The notes under the pieces were generated by a model. The model saw nothing but the letters and a program-made list of their open reading frames with translations. It made no database searches and was not told the origin of the DNA. This document shows, piece after piece, positions 36,436 to 50,486 of a DNA stretch of 64,000 nt. The DNA lies in NCBI GenBank assembly GCA_025786725.1, contig JAHLTZ010000006.1, positions 773,043-837,042 of the forward strand, given 5' to 3'. The translations under genes were made by a program, and so were the position numbers. Each line of letters starts with the position of its first letter. The stretch's first letter is position 1. The DNA is from Syncephalis fuscata S228. Its lineage: Eukaryota; Fungi; Zoopagomycota.

Positions 36436-37542
36436 TTTTACATTATATGCTTGCCTAGCCTTCCTCTATCCAAAACTGCTTTTATTTTTGTTCTATCTTT
36501 ATTAATAAATGTCGACTAATTCCGCTCATTGATCATGCATTATACTCAATAACTTTGACATTGTCAATCTCGTTCAATATTGCATATTCATAATAATATT
36601 TATCATTTTATTATATATTGGCTATACGCTATCTATAGCCGTTGTCAGTATGGTTCCAACTTTTTTATTAATAAAATTAACATATTACACTTTGTTTGTT
36701 CGCTGAATTGTATTGATAGAACAAATAATACGAATATGAACGAAGTTATGTTTTATTAAGGTTATTTATAAACAAACTAGATCACATCAATTAGTTATGA
36801 TTTTAATGTTAATCAATCAAAGTGACGGGTATATATGGTAATAACGCATACTGTAATGATATATGCATACTGAATAATAAATCAACAATGATGAGTATTT
36901 GATGATTGATGTCACTCACCACCCATTATTATGTTCAATAGATTGGATGTTATCAGATGTAGTCATTTAATCACTAAATCATATTAAATGCTTGATAAAT
37001 TCAATTAGATTGTATAATAACGTTAAATGACACACAATATTTTATACGATGATGCAGTTTATTTAGCTTAATTACCAAGTACTAAAAGTTAAAAACTAAA
37101 AATGAAATGGTACATAGCATGTATATATTAGCGCAACAACAACGATTGCGAAATGACATGAAATTGATCATATGTCCTCTATTGATATCCAATCAATTTT
37201 TCTACACATAACAAACAACAACAATGATTACCCTCGAATGATTTAAAGAAATAAAATAGCATGTTACATTATTTTTTTTAAATAAATTTATTAACAGCAT
37301 TTTAATAGAAAGTAATATAGTTGTGCTGCATAAAACAGCGGCATGCCCCCAATTCGAACAAATTTACTTTAAGGACTAAAATAGAGAGCGCAAAGTGCAA
37401 ACGTTGACCAAAAGCATATAGAAACTAATCTTTATTTAGTGTAAAATAGATTGTTTATTTGTAAAATAAAGCCAAAGATGAATTCAATATTGTTTATAAT
37501 AAAACTATAGAACGCTAAATTTATTTGTAAATTATAAAAAGG

Positions 37543-40459
37543 CTACATTATTTGGTCCATAACAAGTGCCTGATTTGCCATTTCACCGTTGTAACCGGTC
37601 GTGTTACCGGTGGTACGCTGTCGTGGCTGTGACTGACCACCGCCCGATGGCGACACACCGGCTTGGTTTCGTGGGAATGGTGCCCATGGCTGGTCAGTTG
37701 GTGGCGTGTGCGGTGGAATATACTCGACACGCTGTGGTGGCAAGAAGTAGCGCAGATCCAGATCGGTAATAATTTCCTTAAGTGCCATCATGAATTTGGT
37801 GCGGCGAGCCCAGCGACGGCCACCATCCTGCCAGTTGCTTCGGTGTTCAATAAACATAGTAAGAGCAAGTCGATTGGTGTTATCAATACTATTGATGTTA
37901 ATAGTAATCTTTGGAACAAATTCACGAGCCATGTGCGTTTCCAAGAACTCTTCAAGTCGGCGAGCAAGTTCGGTAATCTTCTCGTGTGGCGTGTAAAAGT
38001 CGACTTGAACCTCAATCGTTTCACTCATATTCTGAGAGCGGCGAATGTTATGAATAAACTTGCTAGAGAGAATAATGTTGGGTGCGTATAGCAATTGTCC
38101 ATCAGTACGGCAGAACGTTGTTGTAAGTAGACCAACATTGGTCACGACCATTTGATTCGTGTCAACATATACAAGATCTCCAGTATCATATGGATGCTAA
38201 AAGCAAAATAATAAATGTTAATTAAATGTTAATTGATCAATTGGTTGCTACTTACTGTGACGAATACAAAAATGATTGAATCAAAGGTATTTTTAGCTGA
38301 TTGACCAAAGATGAATGAAAGTGCCACTAGCAATGAGCCAAACGGTAATACAGTAGTTGCTACGTTTTTGCCACTGACAATGTTTAGCACCATGAATACG
38401 TAGATAATAAGCGCAAGTACTAAAAGAATGTTATCGAGTTTACCGACACATTGTGACATGTCTCGCAGTGCTGAGGCCAAATCTTTGCGTTCCTTATAAA
38501 CACGTAGCATTACATCACGCATTTCACGTCGACTAACATCGCCATTGTTATCACGGTCGAAAATGGCAAATGCTTCTTCAGCTTCACGGTTAGTAGCAAA
38601 GCATTTGTAAAAGTCTTCGACAGTAAGTTCGCGGAAAGTGCCATCGGAAAGTGTTTCATAGAGCCAGCGGGCTTGTTTGCGAGCATGATGATTGGAGTTC
38701 ATGTCAATGCGGTTTGTTTGCAGGTGAGGCTGATCGGCCATAGCAATGTACTGTAGTTTGCGATTAAGTGCACTAATCAGCTGTGGTGGTTGCATATTGG
38801 GCTTTGTTTTACGAGTAGATCCATTGATAGTGGCATCTGATGCTGTAGGCATTTCCGCAAGTGGTATAGGGGCGGCTTCATGTGTTTGAGGCTGGCTAAA
38901 CTTTCTAATATGGCTGATTGGTGCAGTAAATCCTGCAACACCAGTACCAAACCATCCAGGTGTGCTCATGCCGGATGCAGTACCACCTCCCATATTGTTG
39001 TATTGAGTCTGTGATCCACGGCGCATTCGACGGGCTGCATCACTTAATTTATCAAGAACTGCGTTATCAGATACAACAGTAATTAGTTTGTATTATCTTT
39101 TCACTTTTATTAATATTTACCTTTAACTTCATTCTTGTTTTGACGAATACGGTCCCGATAGGCTGTACGGTGGAAACGAATGGCTATGTAAAGCTAATGG
39201 TTAGTTTGTATTAGATAACAACCAAAATGTCTTACCAATGATCTGCAAAATCATCTTCTCTACTAAAAGTAGAATTGAACCAAAAAAGAGCGCCATGAAG
39301 ATGCGGTACACTGTGATGTAGTAGTCTGGCGTATGAAATGAGCGTTTGTTGTCAATATCATCTTGGGTCAAGTAAGGGGAAGATGGATATACGAGCTGTG
39401 TAAACGCAAATGAGCCCCATGCCCAAGAGCAGAACAAAAGAATTTTAATATAAAACTTGATAGCAATAAAATACTATATCAAGCAATAATTAATGATTAG
39501 TACATGTTGATAATGGAGTATATTGTTCTACTTACTTCGATACGCCACTTGGTCTTTTCGGTACAAACACCCCATATCATGTGGTTGATCTTGACGACAA
39601 TACGTGGAATACGATCAATGCTAAAGTGGTTGACCATCGAGATCATCCACATAAAGCCGATCCAGGTAAGCCAGTCGACTGCAACGTATTTCGTATATAA
39701 AATTGTACTTGATCGGTCTTGGTAACTGACATCGGCATATACGGCAATAAGGATGGCCGGGATAATGAATAAAACAGCACCAAGCGCGCCAACAATAAGA
39801 TAGCGCATAAATGGCGACAAGCGATACCAGAAACTTATGCTGCTTAGTAAATCCTTTTTTTTGGATTTATTATGCGAAATGACTGAGTAGCTGTCGTCGT
39901 CTTCATCGTCTTCATCATTGTCAGAGTTCTTGGAATCATCATCCTTTATGGCGGTTGCTTTACGGCTGCCACTATGCTTGAGGTGTTCACTGCGTATGCT
40001 AGGCCGGTGTGTCACGCCGCTTTTGGTAGAGTGGTCACGAAGATTTTCACTGCTGTTATGGGCCCGGCCCGTTGTAACGGCATCTTCATAATCAGAATCA
40101 CCAGCATATGGATTTTTGTTATATCCATAATCTACATTTACGGCATACTGCTGTCCAAGATCAGTAGGCACTTCAGCCATCGAGTTGTTGTGATTTGAGG
40201 CGTGTGAACGATAACTTGGATCCTTTGCAAGCTTGACACTGTTAAAGTAGTCCGTTTCATATTGGTCATTATTAAGGTAGCCATGCTTGATAACCTTACT
40301 ATCCTCATAATAATTGCGCTTAATATCCTCGAGATCCATGTCGATGGCCGTTGCGTCCACTTTACGTGTTGATGGCTTTCTTTCAGTCGAAGAGCCATTG
40401 TGCTGTTCGGCATTGCTGTTCGACGCCAAATGATGTGCCGATGGCGATGGGTCGGCCAT
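37543..40459 (-). CDS. MscS-like mechanosensitive channel (fungal Msy1/Msy2 type) with EF-hand
   Basis: FHRTAYRDRI, EF-hand FDRDNNGDVSRREM, FDSIIFVFVT|HPYDTGDLV, YAPNIILSSKFIHNIRRS, NWQD...RRTKFM; multiple TM segments; 4 introns. Confidence 0.93.
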
Positions 40460-41616
40460 ACTGGACGTTTAGATAAACTTTAAAATGCAAAACTAATGTG
40501 ATAATAAAGATTGGAATAATTCAGCATAAATTGCTAAGCAAAATGCAATGTAGTCTACGGAGATGAAATAAAATGATTTAAAATCAAGGAACTTGTGCAA
40601 TTAGACTTTCTTTGCCAGCTGGTGGATAATTTAGTGTGACCGATCTAGTTTCGGGTCAGTACATTGCCTGTGTGCAATGTATAACAAAGCTGTCTTTAAT
40701 GCAACAATTTACTTGATTTCCTATAGATTTGACTGTAATTGCTATTGCAGTTCAGCCAAAATACGCCAAATGAAAGAAAAACACTCGCAAGTAAAGAGTT
40801 AAAGGGTGGCAGTATATGAGTGGGCGAATAAAGAATACGCCCAGTATCAAGTCGTAATGCCAATAATAAATAGCTACGTGCGAATAGATAAACGTCGGAG
40901 TATAGGAGATAAAGATAGCTGGTACCCATAGCGGCCATCTTTATATAGGCAAGCAGCTGGATACATCAAGCGATTGAAACAAGAAAAGCAAAAAAAGCGA
41001 TGCATGGAAGCGGAGTGGCAATATGTGTGTGATACACAGCTATCTTTAATGGTCATAGGACAATTCAGCAGGCTAATTGCTTGCTGGTGCGCGACCGCTT
41101 CCTTAAACAGTACAAACAGTGGCCTTGAACTATTTGTAAATTCAGCTGCGTAAATAGGACGTCACCTCGTGTAACTACACGTTACATCATCTATACATCA
41201 TAGAGATAAGGTAGATAGTGGTACTACATTAACAAAAATATGTTTTTATTAAACGAAATCAAAAGTAAAAATCACGTGGCTCAATAACATCGTGCCGAGA
41301 TTAAGAAAGCAATCCGGCTACGTAAATTTAAATAGAAATCAGGATTACTAAAAAGGTGTTTTGAAAACAAATTACACACATGGCCAATAAATTATGGAAT
41401 AATTATAACGTTTTACTATAGTATACATGGTCGAAAGCATGGCTTTCGCACAAATTAAACAGGTTGGTATCGAGAACTGGGCACAAGACCGGTTGTATGG
41501 ACTAAACGATCATTACTAAACGCGCAATAGTAAAAAAGCAAGAATATTGAATGTATAGATTAATATAGCACTGAAGCAAGGTAAAGTAAATAATTCAATG
41601 CTTTATCTTTGTTTTT

Positions 41617-42471
41617 CTATAGAGCCCATGGTGTCGTTGAATCATCAGCTTCGTCATCATCATCATCAGAGGATGCATAAGATGTATTTGATGAAGCTAG
41701 TGCAGGCAAACCAATAAGCGATGATGAAACAAAGGACGATGCCGAGGATGTTCCAGCGTTCATACGTGCACGTGTTTGCTGAATGATTAGTTCGAGCGAT
41801 GGCACAGCAAGCGGTGAAATGGCTCCACGGCGCTTAAGTACGCTGGGTGGTACTTCGACATCAAGTGAAAGGCGTCGTTTACGCTGAAGACTAGGACGAG
41901 ACGAGTTGTCGCCGTCATTCGTGGCCAAAATCGTTCCATTTTGATCGACAAATTCGCATTGCTTGCTGGGCGATAACGGTGCAGGAGCGGAGATGGCCCG
42001 TTGACGACGGGTATCCTGGAGGGACAAGGCCATGGCAGAGGATCGTGAGAGTAAAGCGGACTGGCTGATGGTCCCATGAGGGACCGTTGTTAATGAACTA
42101 GGTGTTGATGCGATTTCACTTCCGGAAGCACGATTACGTGGACGGCGACATGGAGCAATACGCCATAAAGGCTGCTGCTCATTTGCTAATGATACTTTTT
42201 GCGGCCGTGTGCTGGCAATGCTATTGGCATCTTGTTCCAATGCCATATCACATAGCCTGCCGGTTAGGCTGTCAATCGTGGTGGAAGCAGGAGCAGGAGC
42301 AGCGCTAACAAGATTGGTCGGACACTGCAGCTTGCCGGTCGATTGTTCCATTTGAGAAATAAGCTTGGAACAAACGTCGTTTTCTTGCTTGCTGGTATCA
42401 ATTAAGCAGGCGAATTCAAATTCACTTAGCCCGCAGTTCTTGACGCCGGCGCCAATAAAAACTGTACTCAT
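41617..42471 (-). CDS. Hypothetical Ser-rich disordered protein (~284 aa)
   Basis: Intronless GC-rich ORF from MSTVF. Contains basic motifs RKRRLS and KRRGAISP and an acidic tail; no family recognised. Confidence 0.65.
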   Translation of the reverse strand: MSTVFIGAGVKNCGLSEFEFACLIDTSKQENDVCSKLISQMEQSTGKLQCPTNLVSAAPAPASTTIDSLTGRLCDMALEQDANSIASTRPQKVSLANEQQPLWRIAPCRRPRNRASGSEIASTPSSLTTVPHGTISQSALLSRSSAMALSLQDTRRQRAISAPAPLSPSKQCEFVDQNGTILATNDGDNSSRPSLQRKRRLSLDVEVPPSVLKRRGAISPLAVPSLELIIQQTRARMNAGTSSASSFVSSSLIGLPALASSNTSYASSDDDDDEADDSTTPWAL

Positions 42472-45400
42472 ATTCAAAGTGTGTTTGGTAATAGTAGGAG
42501 AGAAAGTATGTGCGTGTGCGTGCGTGCACAAAGTAAAGATAGAGTCAATAGGTAGTGTCTAGTGTAATAGCTAATAGCACAAAAAGCACTGTTTGATAGC
42601 AATAAAAGTCGTAGTAGGATAGATATCGTCGAGATGGTCTAAATCAATTGTAAATCAACGAGAAAAGATGGCCAAAAAATGTGGAGTAGCTAATCAAGTT
42701 TTAAAAACTGATCAATGTTCCGCTTATGAAGGTATCAATGAAGTCTACAATAGCAGTATGATGAAAATAGGATCCTAAACGATGTATCAGCCCAGCGTGA
42801 CAAAAGTACTGGAATGACACAGCGGTTAACAAATTCGCGGCTACACGTGAGTACCTATGGATAATGGGGAAAGATGAGCGAGGCTTTGAAACATACTTGC
42901 TAAGAAAGGCAAGCGCCACGCCAAAAAGAAAACTTCTTTATTGCAGCCCCAGACTTACCTCTGCTGATAATGATCGATTCGTTTGCCACGACACTTCTGA
43001 GCTATAATTGGGGTGTATTCCTGCAACAAAGGATTAGCGAATTAACATCGGTTAAGCGAGAAGTTCAAGATAAGGTAACTGTGGAATAATGGCCATGTGG
43101 CCGATTAAGACTGGTAGGTAGAAAAGCACATTATACAGCAGTGCACATATCATAGCCAAAAATAACACCAAGCACGATAATTGCCAGTACAAGTGTATAT
43201 AAAACTGCAAAATAAAAATAAACGTTCTTCTTACCAAATATGAAATGTTATCAAACTAATAACAATAAACGGGAACAATAAACGACTAAGGTTGTATAAA
43301 ACACTTTTATACAAGGCTAATACAATGAACGACAAACGGAGCAGCAATCAAGACGGTGGAATAGATTGCTGTCTAGATAACAAACTAAGGAGTAGATACA
43401 CAAATAAAAAGATAAAACTGTTCAACAAAGAAAAACTTTTTACTGCTGTTGTCACTACTGTGACATGGACACGAGAGAAGAGTAGTAGTAGTGGTAGCAG
43501 CTAGGAGAGAAAATGAAAAAAATAAGAAGGAGCAGTAGCAACAGTAGCACAGCAGCACAGCAGCAAAGCTTATAGGCAAGAGACGTTTGATGGGCGAGCC
43601 ACGGTACAAGCAGGGGAAGCGGCCGACTTTTAACACCACATGCTTGTGTATGGCATCATGACCGCAACAACCTTTGACCGTCAACGTATGCATGATTCAT
43701 GCATAGCAGGAGCTCACGTGCGTAGCATCCCTTTTCGAGTCTGCAATTGTCAAACGGGCAGTGTGTTCGTGCGTATCAACCAAAGATGTAACGAGTAGAT
43801 AGTGGGCCATCCAATTGATATATTTGGATAACGCCATAGAACAGAATGGTGCACGGCCAGGCTACATTGCGCCATTTTAGGAACGACAAAGAAGGGACGG
43901 CAAAGGTGAAGCGCTCAGCGTTACTTAACAAACGTGCAAGTAACTACCAATTCACTTGGCAAAGGGCCACGCAAGCAAGCTACAAAAATGCCCACAGTGG
44001 CATGCAAGTTGGATGATACACAGATATTCACAACCAGCTACAACACTGACCATTGGTCAACGTAGCAGTGCAGTAGCGCATGGCAACGAAAAATAAATCA
44101 TATTTTACAGCAGTCATCCATTTACATCGCATTGTCTGTGCATATCTGTGCTTTAGACAAAAAAAACTCTATGGCAAATAACGTAGGTATATAGTAGTGC
44201 AGAAATTCCATTACAATAGAAATATGCAAGCAAATACACGCCTAGGCCCGGATAGTATCAATTAGTGTACCGCTTATCTTGGTTAAGAGGCTGGAAAACC
44301 GTGAAAAGCATGCGGTAACGCTAAACGAGAAATATATAGTACCCAACTTACCAAAAATAGAGAAATTGCCTTGAATCGGTTAAACTTTTCAAAAAGTAAA
44401 GCGTGTGTGTTATGAAAGTAGTAATGGTCTAGAACAAATCGATAAAATAATTGCAGCTATAGCGTCGTCAAAAGGTTGTTAAAATGCAATAATCAATTCA
44501 GCGTTTGCGTTCCGGTCACCAATATTTATTGTGTAATGATGCTAGCTATCAGCAGCGTGCTGAGTAAGAAAAAATGGGCAGCTTGGTCCGACAGAGGCCT
44601 ATGAAAGTAGCAAAATGCATTAATAAATACATTTGTAACTTCTATGTGGACCCTGTACCTCGTGTATTTCGGTAATGCCACATGGATGCAAAATCTTTTG
44701 CAGTTGTGCAGATCATTGTGCGCAAATCGCATCCTAGCCATAGCTATATACAAAGTATTTTCTAAAATAGTTGATGGATAATTGTCATTGTTGAGGATCC
44801 CAAAGTGCACTTACAGAAATACTTGGCATGGCATTGTTACCAAACCGATGATCGCAATGCAACCGCTGAAGTAGCGCTATGCGTCAATCTGAATGGTAAC
44901 TAGTATGCTAAAAACTAAGGGGCTGCATGGATGTAACAAGCTTATCGCATAATTATGTAAAATGTTTATAATTATATGGTATTTGTCAGAGATTGAATTT
45001 TGCCTGACCAATTTCCCAGCACATATTCCAACCATCCGGTAAAGATTGATTATCAAGCTAGATAATTTAATAGCTTAAAAGCCGATCAATTCTGTTGCAT
45101 GGATTGTATTATAAGACACTATATATGCAATAATATTAACAGTATTTTTATTGTGTTTTGATATGTTTACAGCCACTATTACAACTATTATTATTACATT
45201 TGATAAATAGCCAATATTCAAGTTATTTATTAGTAAATAAAAATATTCTACAATCAAACTGCTTTTTATCTTATTACTAGGATCAAGCCATTATAGTCAA
45301 AAATAGAGACTTTATCGGTAGTACTAGTAATGGCAATAATACTTGTCATTGGATTGATATAGTTGTATATTTTGCCGTTGAATAATTGTGCTGTTTTAAA

Positions 45401-45570
45401 TGAAACTTTATCAAATTTCTACTATTAATTGATCGACATAAGCATTTAAAATAGTAGTTTATTTAAAATTTCTATTATGAATGCAGCCGTAAGATTGTTG
45501 CAATTAATAGGATTAACAGGAGTGGAAATATCACACTAAAGACGCTTATAATACAGTAAATACCCCATCA

Positions 45571-48500
45571 TTATAATGAGTGAGCTGTGAATCGCCATGA
45601 TCTAATAGTGGCATCGTCCTGCGTATTTTCTTCATTTTGTCGAGATGGCAGTCCTGTCGTTGCATTAACTACATGCCACCCTGTGCTATCTGAACTGCTA
45701 GAGGTTTTTGAGGATGTTTCATCAGTTCCACTGCTCTGGGAGAACATTTCTAGCTCAGAAAGAGATACGTATGCTTCAATTTCTGGCAATTGGTTCGTTG
45801 ATGTCCACTGCGACAGATTACTTGACCCGCCTGACCGTCTTTGTAACGTATTTTGTGTCTGCTGTGCTGTTGTCGATATGATACGATCAAGTGCACCTTC
45901 CATCCATTCTTGCTCTGGAACAATGCGCACCATTTCCGTTAGATTAAAATTAGGCTGCTGTACATGGGCATCGAGTGATTCATTAACACGTCGAACGGCA
46001 TCGGCAATACTTGGATGTACGAGTTTTGGATGCGCCGGCCCAGATGCACCTATTTCAATAATTTCTGACAAACTTGATGCTGTCAGCTCATCCTTTGCCG
46101 CATGTTTACCCTGGTAAGCATGTAGCATCGGCTCTGTAACGCCCGACAACTCGAGTACTCGGAGTACGTGTGGTTTTACTGCAACAAAATGCATTTCAAA
46201 CCAGTGATTTGAATTCAACTGAGCGCCAGAATATTCATATAGCTCTTTGCGCAAGTCAAAAAGCATTTGAAGCCCGGATGCATCTATGTTATTAACTGAA
46301 CGAAAATCAAATATCATAGCTCGAAGAAATGGAAGATCCGAATCATAGTTTGTATTTGCATCGTCATCATCATCGGTAGACTCATAATTGTAATCAGTAT
46401 CATTATTATCAGTGCGTGAAAACTGATTCTTGTGTGTTACATCCTCATTAGGCTGTGGATTGACATTGTTTCAAAATGATTGTTAAGCTGATTTATACCA
46501 CTGTTCTGAGAATACTGAGCAGAATGGCGGCGTTCGTCAGTAAAGTCTATTACAACATCATCATTTGTATGTCTATTATAAGGCGTAGAAGCCCGAACAT
46601 GTTCGCTGTTGGTGATTGTTCTCTCTCCATTAGAAGCAGGATTTGCTTGCTCATTGCTACTCTGCCGGTCCGACTGGCCCAAATTGTTAAGATTTCTTTG
46701 TGTTTCAGTCGTATTTGTTGAATCAGCTGAGGGAGAATCTGTTTCACAGCTACGCTCTTCGACTGTTTCTAGCACGGTTGGATACATCGATCGACTGGCT
46801 ACAGGGTAGTGCTGCGAATAATTTGGATTAAACTGCTGTCTTGGAAGCGGTTGTTCAGGCAATTCGGGAAGATAGTCCATGGCATTGTCCTCGTCGTCGG
46901 TAGAAAGCATATCACCAGATGCATACCCGGAGTAGCTTTCTCCAGCGTTATAAGATGCTAAATACTCATCATGTTCCCTTTGTCGCTGCTGCTGGGACAT
47001 TAGCTGCTTCTGCCGCATTTCGTATCTTTTTTCAGCCTTTATATTTAACCTTTTTTTCTTACGTCGTTCCCGTGCGTTATAATCAGTATTACCGCACCAC
47101 GGCTGATCTTTACGGGGAAGAGGAGGAATAGTTGAGCGTGTCAGCTCAACAACAGTACTCATAATCTTCTCTCGAACATAGTAAGCATTTGGAAAAATTA
47201 GTGCTTCTTCCAAGCGAATAACAATAATGCCTGCGGTGGCGGCTCAGTGTCGTAGCCAGGTAAGTCACGGTCAACAAAGTTACTTGGTGAATTTTTTAAT
47301 CGTTCCATTACAACAAAGTGGGGCCGAGCAATCCTGTGTAGCATAATAATCAATGACAGTCCTACAGCTGCTAGAATTCCCGTCTATATTAACGCCAAAC
47401 ATTAATATAAAATAAAATAAACTGTATATTCTCTGGCATACCGCTACATTAGTTGCCACAGTAAGAACAAGCGCTAATAATGCTGATACCATATCCCATG
47501 CTAGAACAAGTTACCATTAGTTAAATACAAATATACATATTAATGCGATTGTTATGCAAATATCTGGTATTACTTACGTTGAACACGCCATAGTTGTCGT
47601 AAAGTTCGTGGGCCCACAATAAGCCCCGATACACTCACAATGATAATTGTAGCCAAACAAGCATCTGGTATATAATAGAATGCTGGTGGAAGAAATAGAA
47701 GTGCGCAAAGTACAATAATACCGCAGAAAAGACTTGTAAATGGCGAACGGGCTCCTGCTTGAGAATTAACTAACGATCGCGAAAACGTACCCATGTTGGG
47801 ATATGCGCGAAAAAAAGAACCAACAATATTAATAACACCAAGAGCAAATAGCTCTTGGTTGGTGTCGGTTTTGTATTTCTTAAGCCGTGCTGTGTAGATG
47901 TCGGTCTAATTATTAGCTAGCGATTAAACGAAACAAATAGAATACTTACACATTCCCTTAGCAATTGTAACAGTCTCGGAACAGAAAGCAGCGCAATCAT
48001 TGGTACTGTTATGGCAAGTTTGATAGTAGTTTTAGCGAAAGATTTGGCAACACTGGATCGGGAAATCCGTGTGGTACACGGCGCAAAATACCAAAAGGAC
48101 TGGGCACATCAGGTAATAGTCGATTTACTACAACAGAGATTGAAGTGATCACTATAACTACAACAGGAATTTTTACCGTGCCTAGAAAATCAAAAAATGC
48201 CCAGCGTTTACCTAGGCGGCTCTTTAGCCAATCAGTATTAGAATAACTGCTATTGTAGCGGCAGATATTGCAAGATCGGGCCAATTGAAGTGTGTCAGCC
48301 GTCCTAACATGTTAATAAAGACGCGGTAGCCTGGTAAATTACTGCTAACGCCTTTGATTCCTAAGGCAGTGGGCAGTTGAGCAATTAAGATGTTTAGCGA
48401 TACGCCAGATGTAAATCCAACAACCACTGGATTGGAAATAAAGTCAAAAGTATACCTAGCTTCAATAGGCCAATTAACATGATTAAAATGCCTGATAAAA

Positions 48501-48900
48501 ATGATAACGTGCTTGCTACAATGGCCATTTCAGCCGTAGTAGCAGTCACGCCACTTTCTGCAGCCACCTGTCGTATGACCATGCCGGTCTGCAATGCCAG
48601 GACGGCCGAAGGACCAATATTCATATCTTTACATGTGCCGAAAAATACATAAGGAATTGCGCCGAAAAACGCCGTATAAAGGCCAAACTCCATCGGAAGC
48701 GAGCCAACCTTAGCGTAAGCAAGTCCTTGCGGCACAACCATAATGCCCACCGTTAGCCCGGAAACAATGTCGCCTAGAATCCAGTGACGATTGTAGCGAG
48801 GCAGCCAACGAACAATAGGAACTCGGTCTGCAAGCCAGCTGGGGATTCGGCGCGCTTGCCGACGTAGCACGCCGAGCACGTTATTAAATTCCACCGTCAT
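45571..48900 (-). CDS. SulP/SLC26 sulfate/anion transporter with split STAS domain (six apparent 1-bp deletions)
   Basis: GDIVSGLTVGIMVVPQGLAYA, GLYTAF, IGPSAVLAL, GFTSG, DTNQELFALG, GTFSRS. STAS halves IRLEEALIFPNA and IFDFRSVNNIDASG. Confidence 0.9.
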
Positions 48901-49591
48901 TATAGAGGCCGATAATAAGGCCACTAGCTAAATTTACTAGTCCAGTAGTAATAGACGAACAATAGAACAAGACGAGAATAAACAATAAAAATGACTATAA
49001 TTATGCAATGGTCGTACTTTTAGCAAGTTGTATCGAATGAAACTGCGCTTAATTACAATAATTCTGCCAAAAATACTATACGCGGTTTGCTCATACGTCA
49101 GCGTGGCTCCTTTTTAACTAGAAAATGCGTAGTTGCATCGGAGATATTAGCCATGGAGAATAGCACAGACGCGGCATCAATGGCTCTGCACCATGTGCTA
49201 AGGAGTCGACGTTTTATTATCTGGTATAAAAATTGGATTCTACTGAGATTAGATAGATATGAAGGGGCAATTTTAATGATGCTATTACGTAGGCTTGTAT
49301 TGGGGGAACTCAAAAGGAGCATGTAAATTTATTACAAGGGGTTTACTTTGCTATTAATTCTTAGAACACGCTAATAGCAATAGCTTGAAAGCAAGCATAG
49401 ATTTATTTGAATATAGTAGTTATAAAGTAACCAGTGATGTTTGCAAAGCGTGTAAAATTATAAAAATGTTGCAAAGAATTAAATGCTAAAAAGCTGGCGT
49501 TATGGAACCAAATAGTGCAGTATTGCTAGATTAAGATCGATAGTATGCAAATAAATGTTACTTAAAAGGTTAGTAATATGCTAATTCATAT

Positions 49592-50029
49592 TTACGGTAA
49601 ACAATCTGTACTACTACGTACAAATTGTAAATCATCTGAAAAAGAGGAAGATAGCGAGACTTTATCATCATCGTAATCATCGTCATCATCATTATCATCA
49701 AGTATGGATGCTATTTCATCATCAGTATCTGGCAGAACCACGTGATCCTTCGATGCTTGTAACACTTGCATCGACCATTCTGTCAACATTGAATTAAAGT
49801 TTTGTGTTGCCATTAATGTCACGCCATTTTCACAAGGCGTATCTCCTTGATGCAGCGTTACAACCGGCTCAATAAGTGGATTAGTCTGCTCAGTGAATAG
49901 ATTGACATCTTCGGCATGAAAATCCTGCACAAATAACTCTTGACTTGATGTTGAATTACCAGTAATACTAGGTGTTTTAAGATTCTTTAGATCTTGACGA
50001 AATTGATGTAATTCACAAAGACGACACAT
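49592..50029 (-). CDS. Hypothetical protein (~145 aa) with acidic C-terminus
   Basis: Open frame from MCRLCELHQ to an Asp-rich tail. Start is uncertain and no family is recognised. Confidence 0.4.
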   Translation of the reverse strand: MCRLCELHQFRQDLKNLKTPSITGNSTSSQELFVQDFHAEDVNLFTEQTNPLIEPVVTLHQGDTPCENGVTLMATQNFNSMLTEWSMQVLQASKDHVVLPDTDDEIASILDDNDDDDDYDDDKVSLSSSFSDDLQFVRSSTDCLP

Positions 50030-50486
50030 TGGAATAGTTCTATTTAACAATCGCCGATAATGGAAGACGTAGCGCACAACGCCACTACTATTACTTTTAA
50101 CGACAATAGTCACAGCAATAGTTGTACTAATGTTAATAAAGGTGGAACAGACTCTATAAGTTGAATACAATGCCAGTGAATGGCCTATACAGCGCGAGAA
50201 GAGAGTGATTAAAGGATGATAAGGCGAGTTACGTCATATTTATTGTAAATATAATACGAAGATCGCGCGGTATTTAAGCAGCAATTAGTATTATAAAAAA
50301 GGTTGCCGTGGATGCATTGTTGTGTCTGTGCTGGCAAGGAGAGCGCTATTAATGCAATATATTTGTGTGGAAACGGTAGACAAAGCAACCTGCCATCCAA
50401 ACTATAACGAGTCATTGACAACATGATGTAAACAAATAGCACAAGATGTAAGTAAGTGAGAATAGAAATAACTGTTTATTCATAGA

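Noticed and set aside
45571-48900. SulP transporter as a pseudogene
   Set aside because: All six lesions are 1-bp run contractions with no nonsense substitutions, matching the window-wide error pattern.
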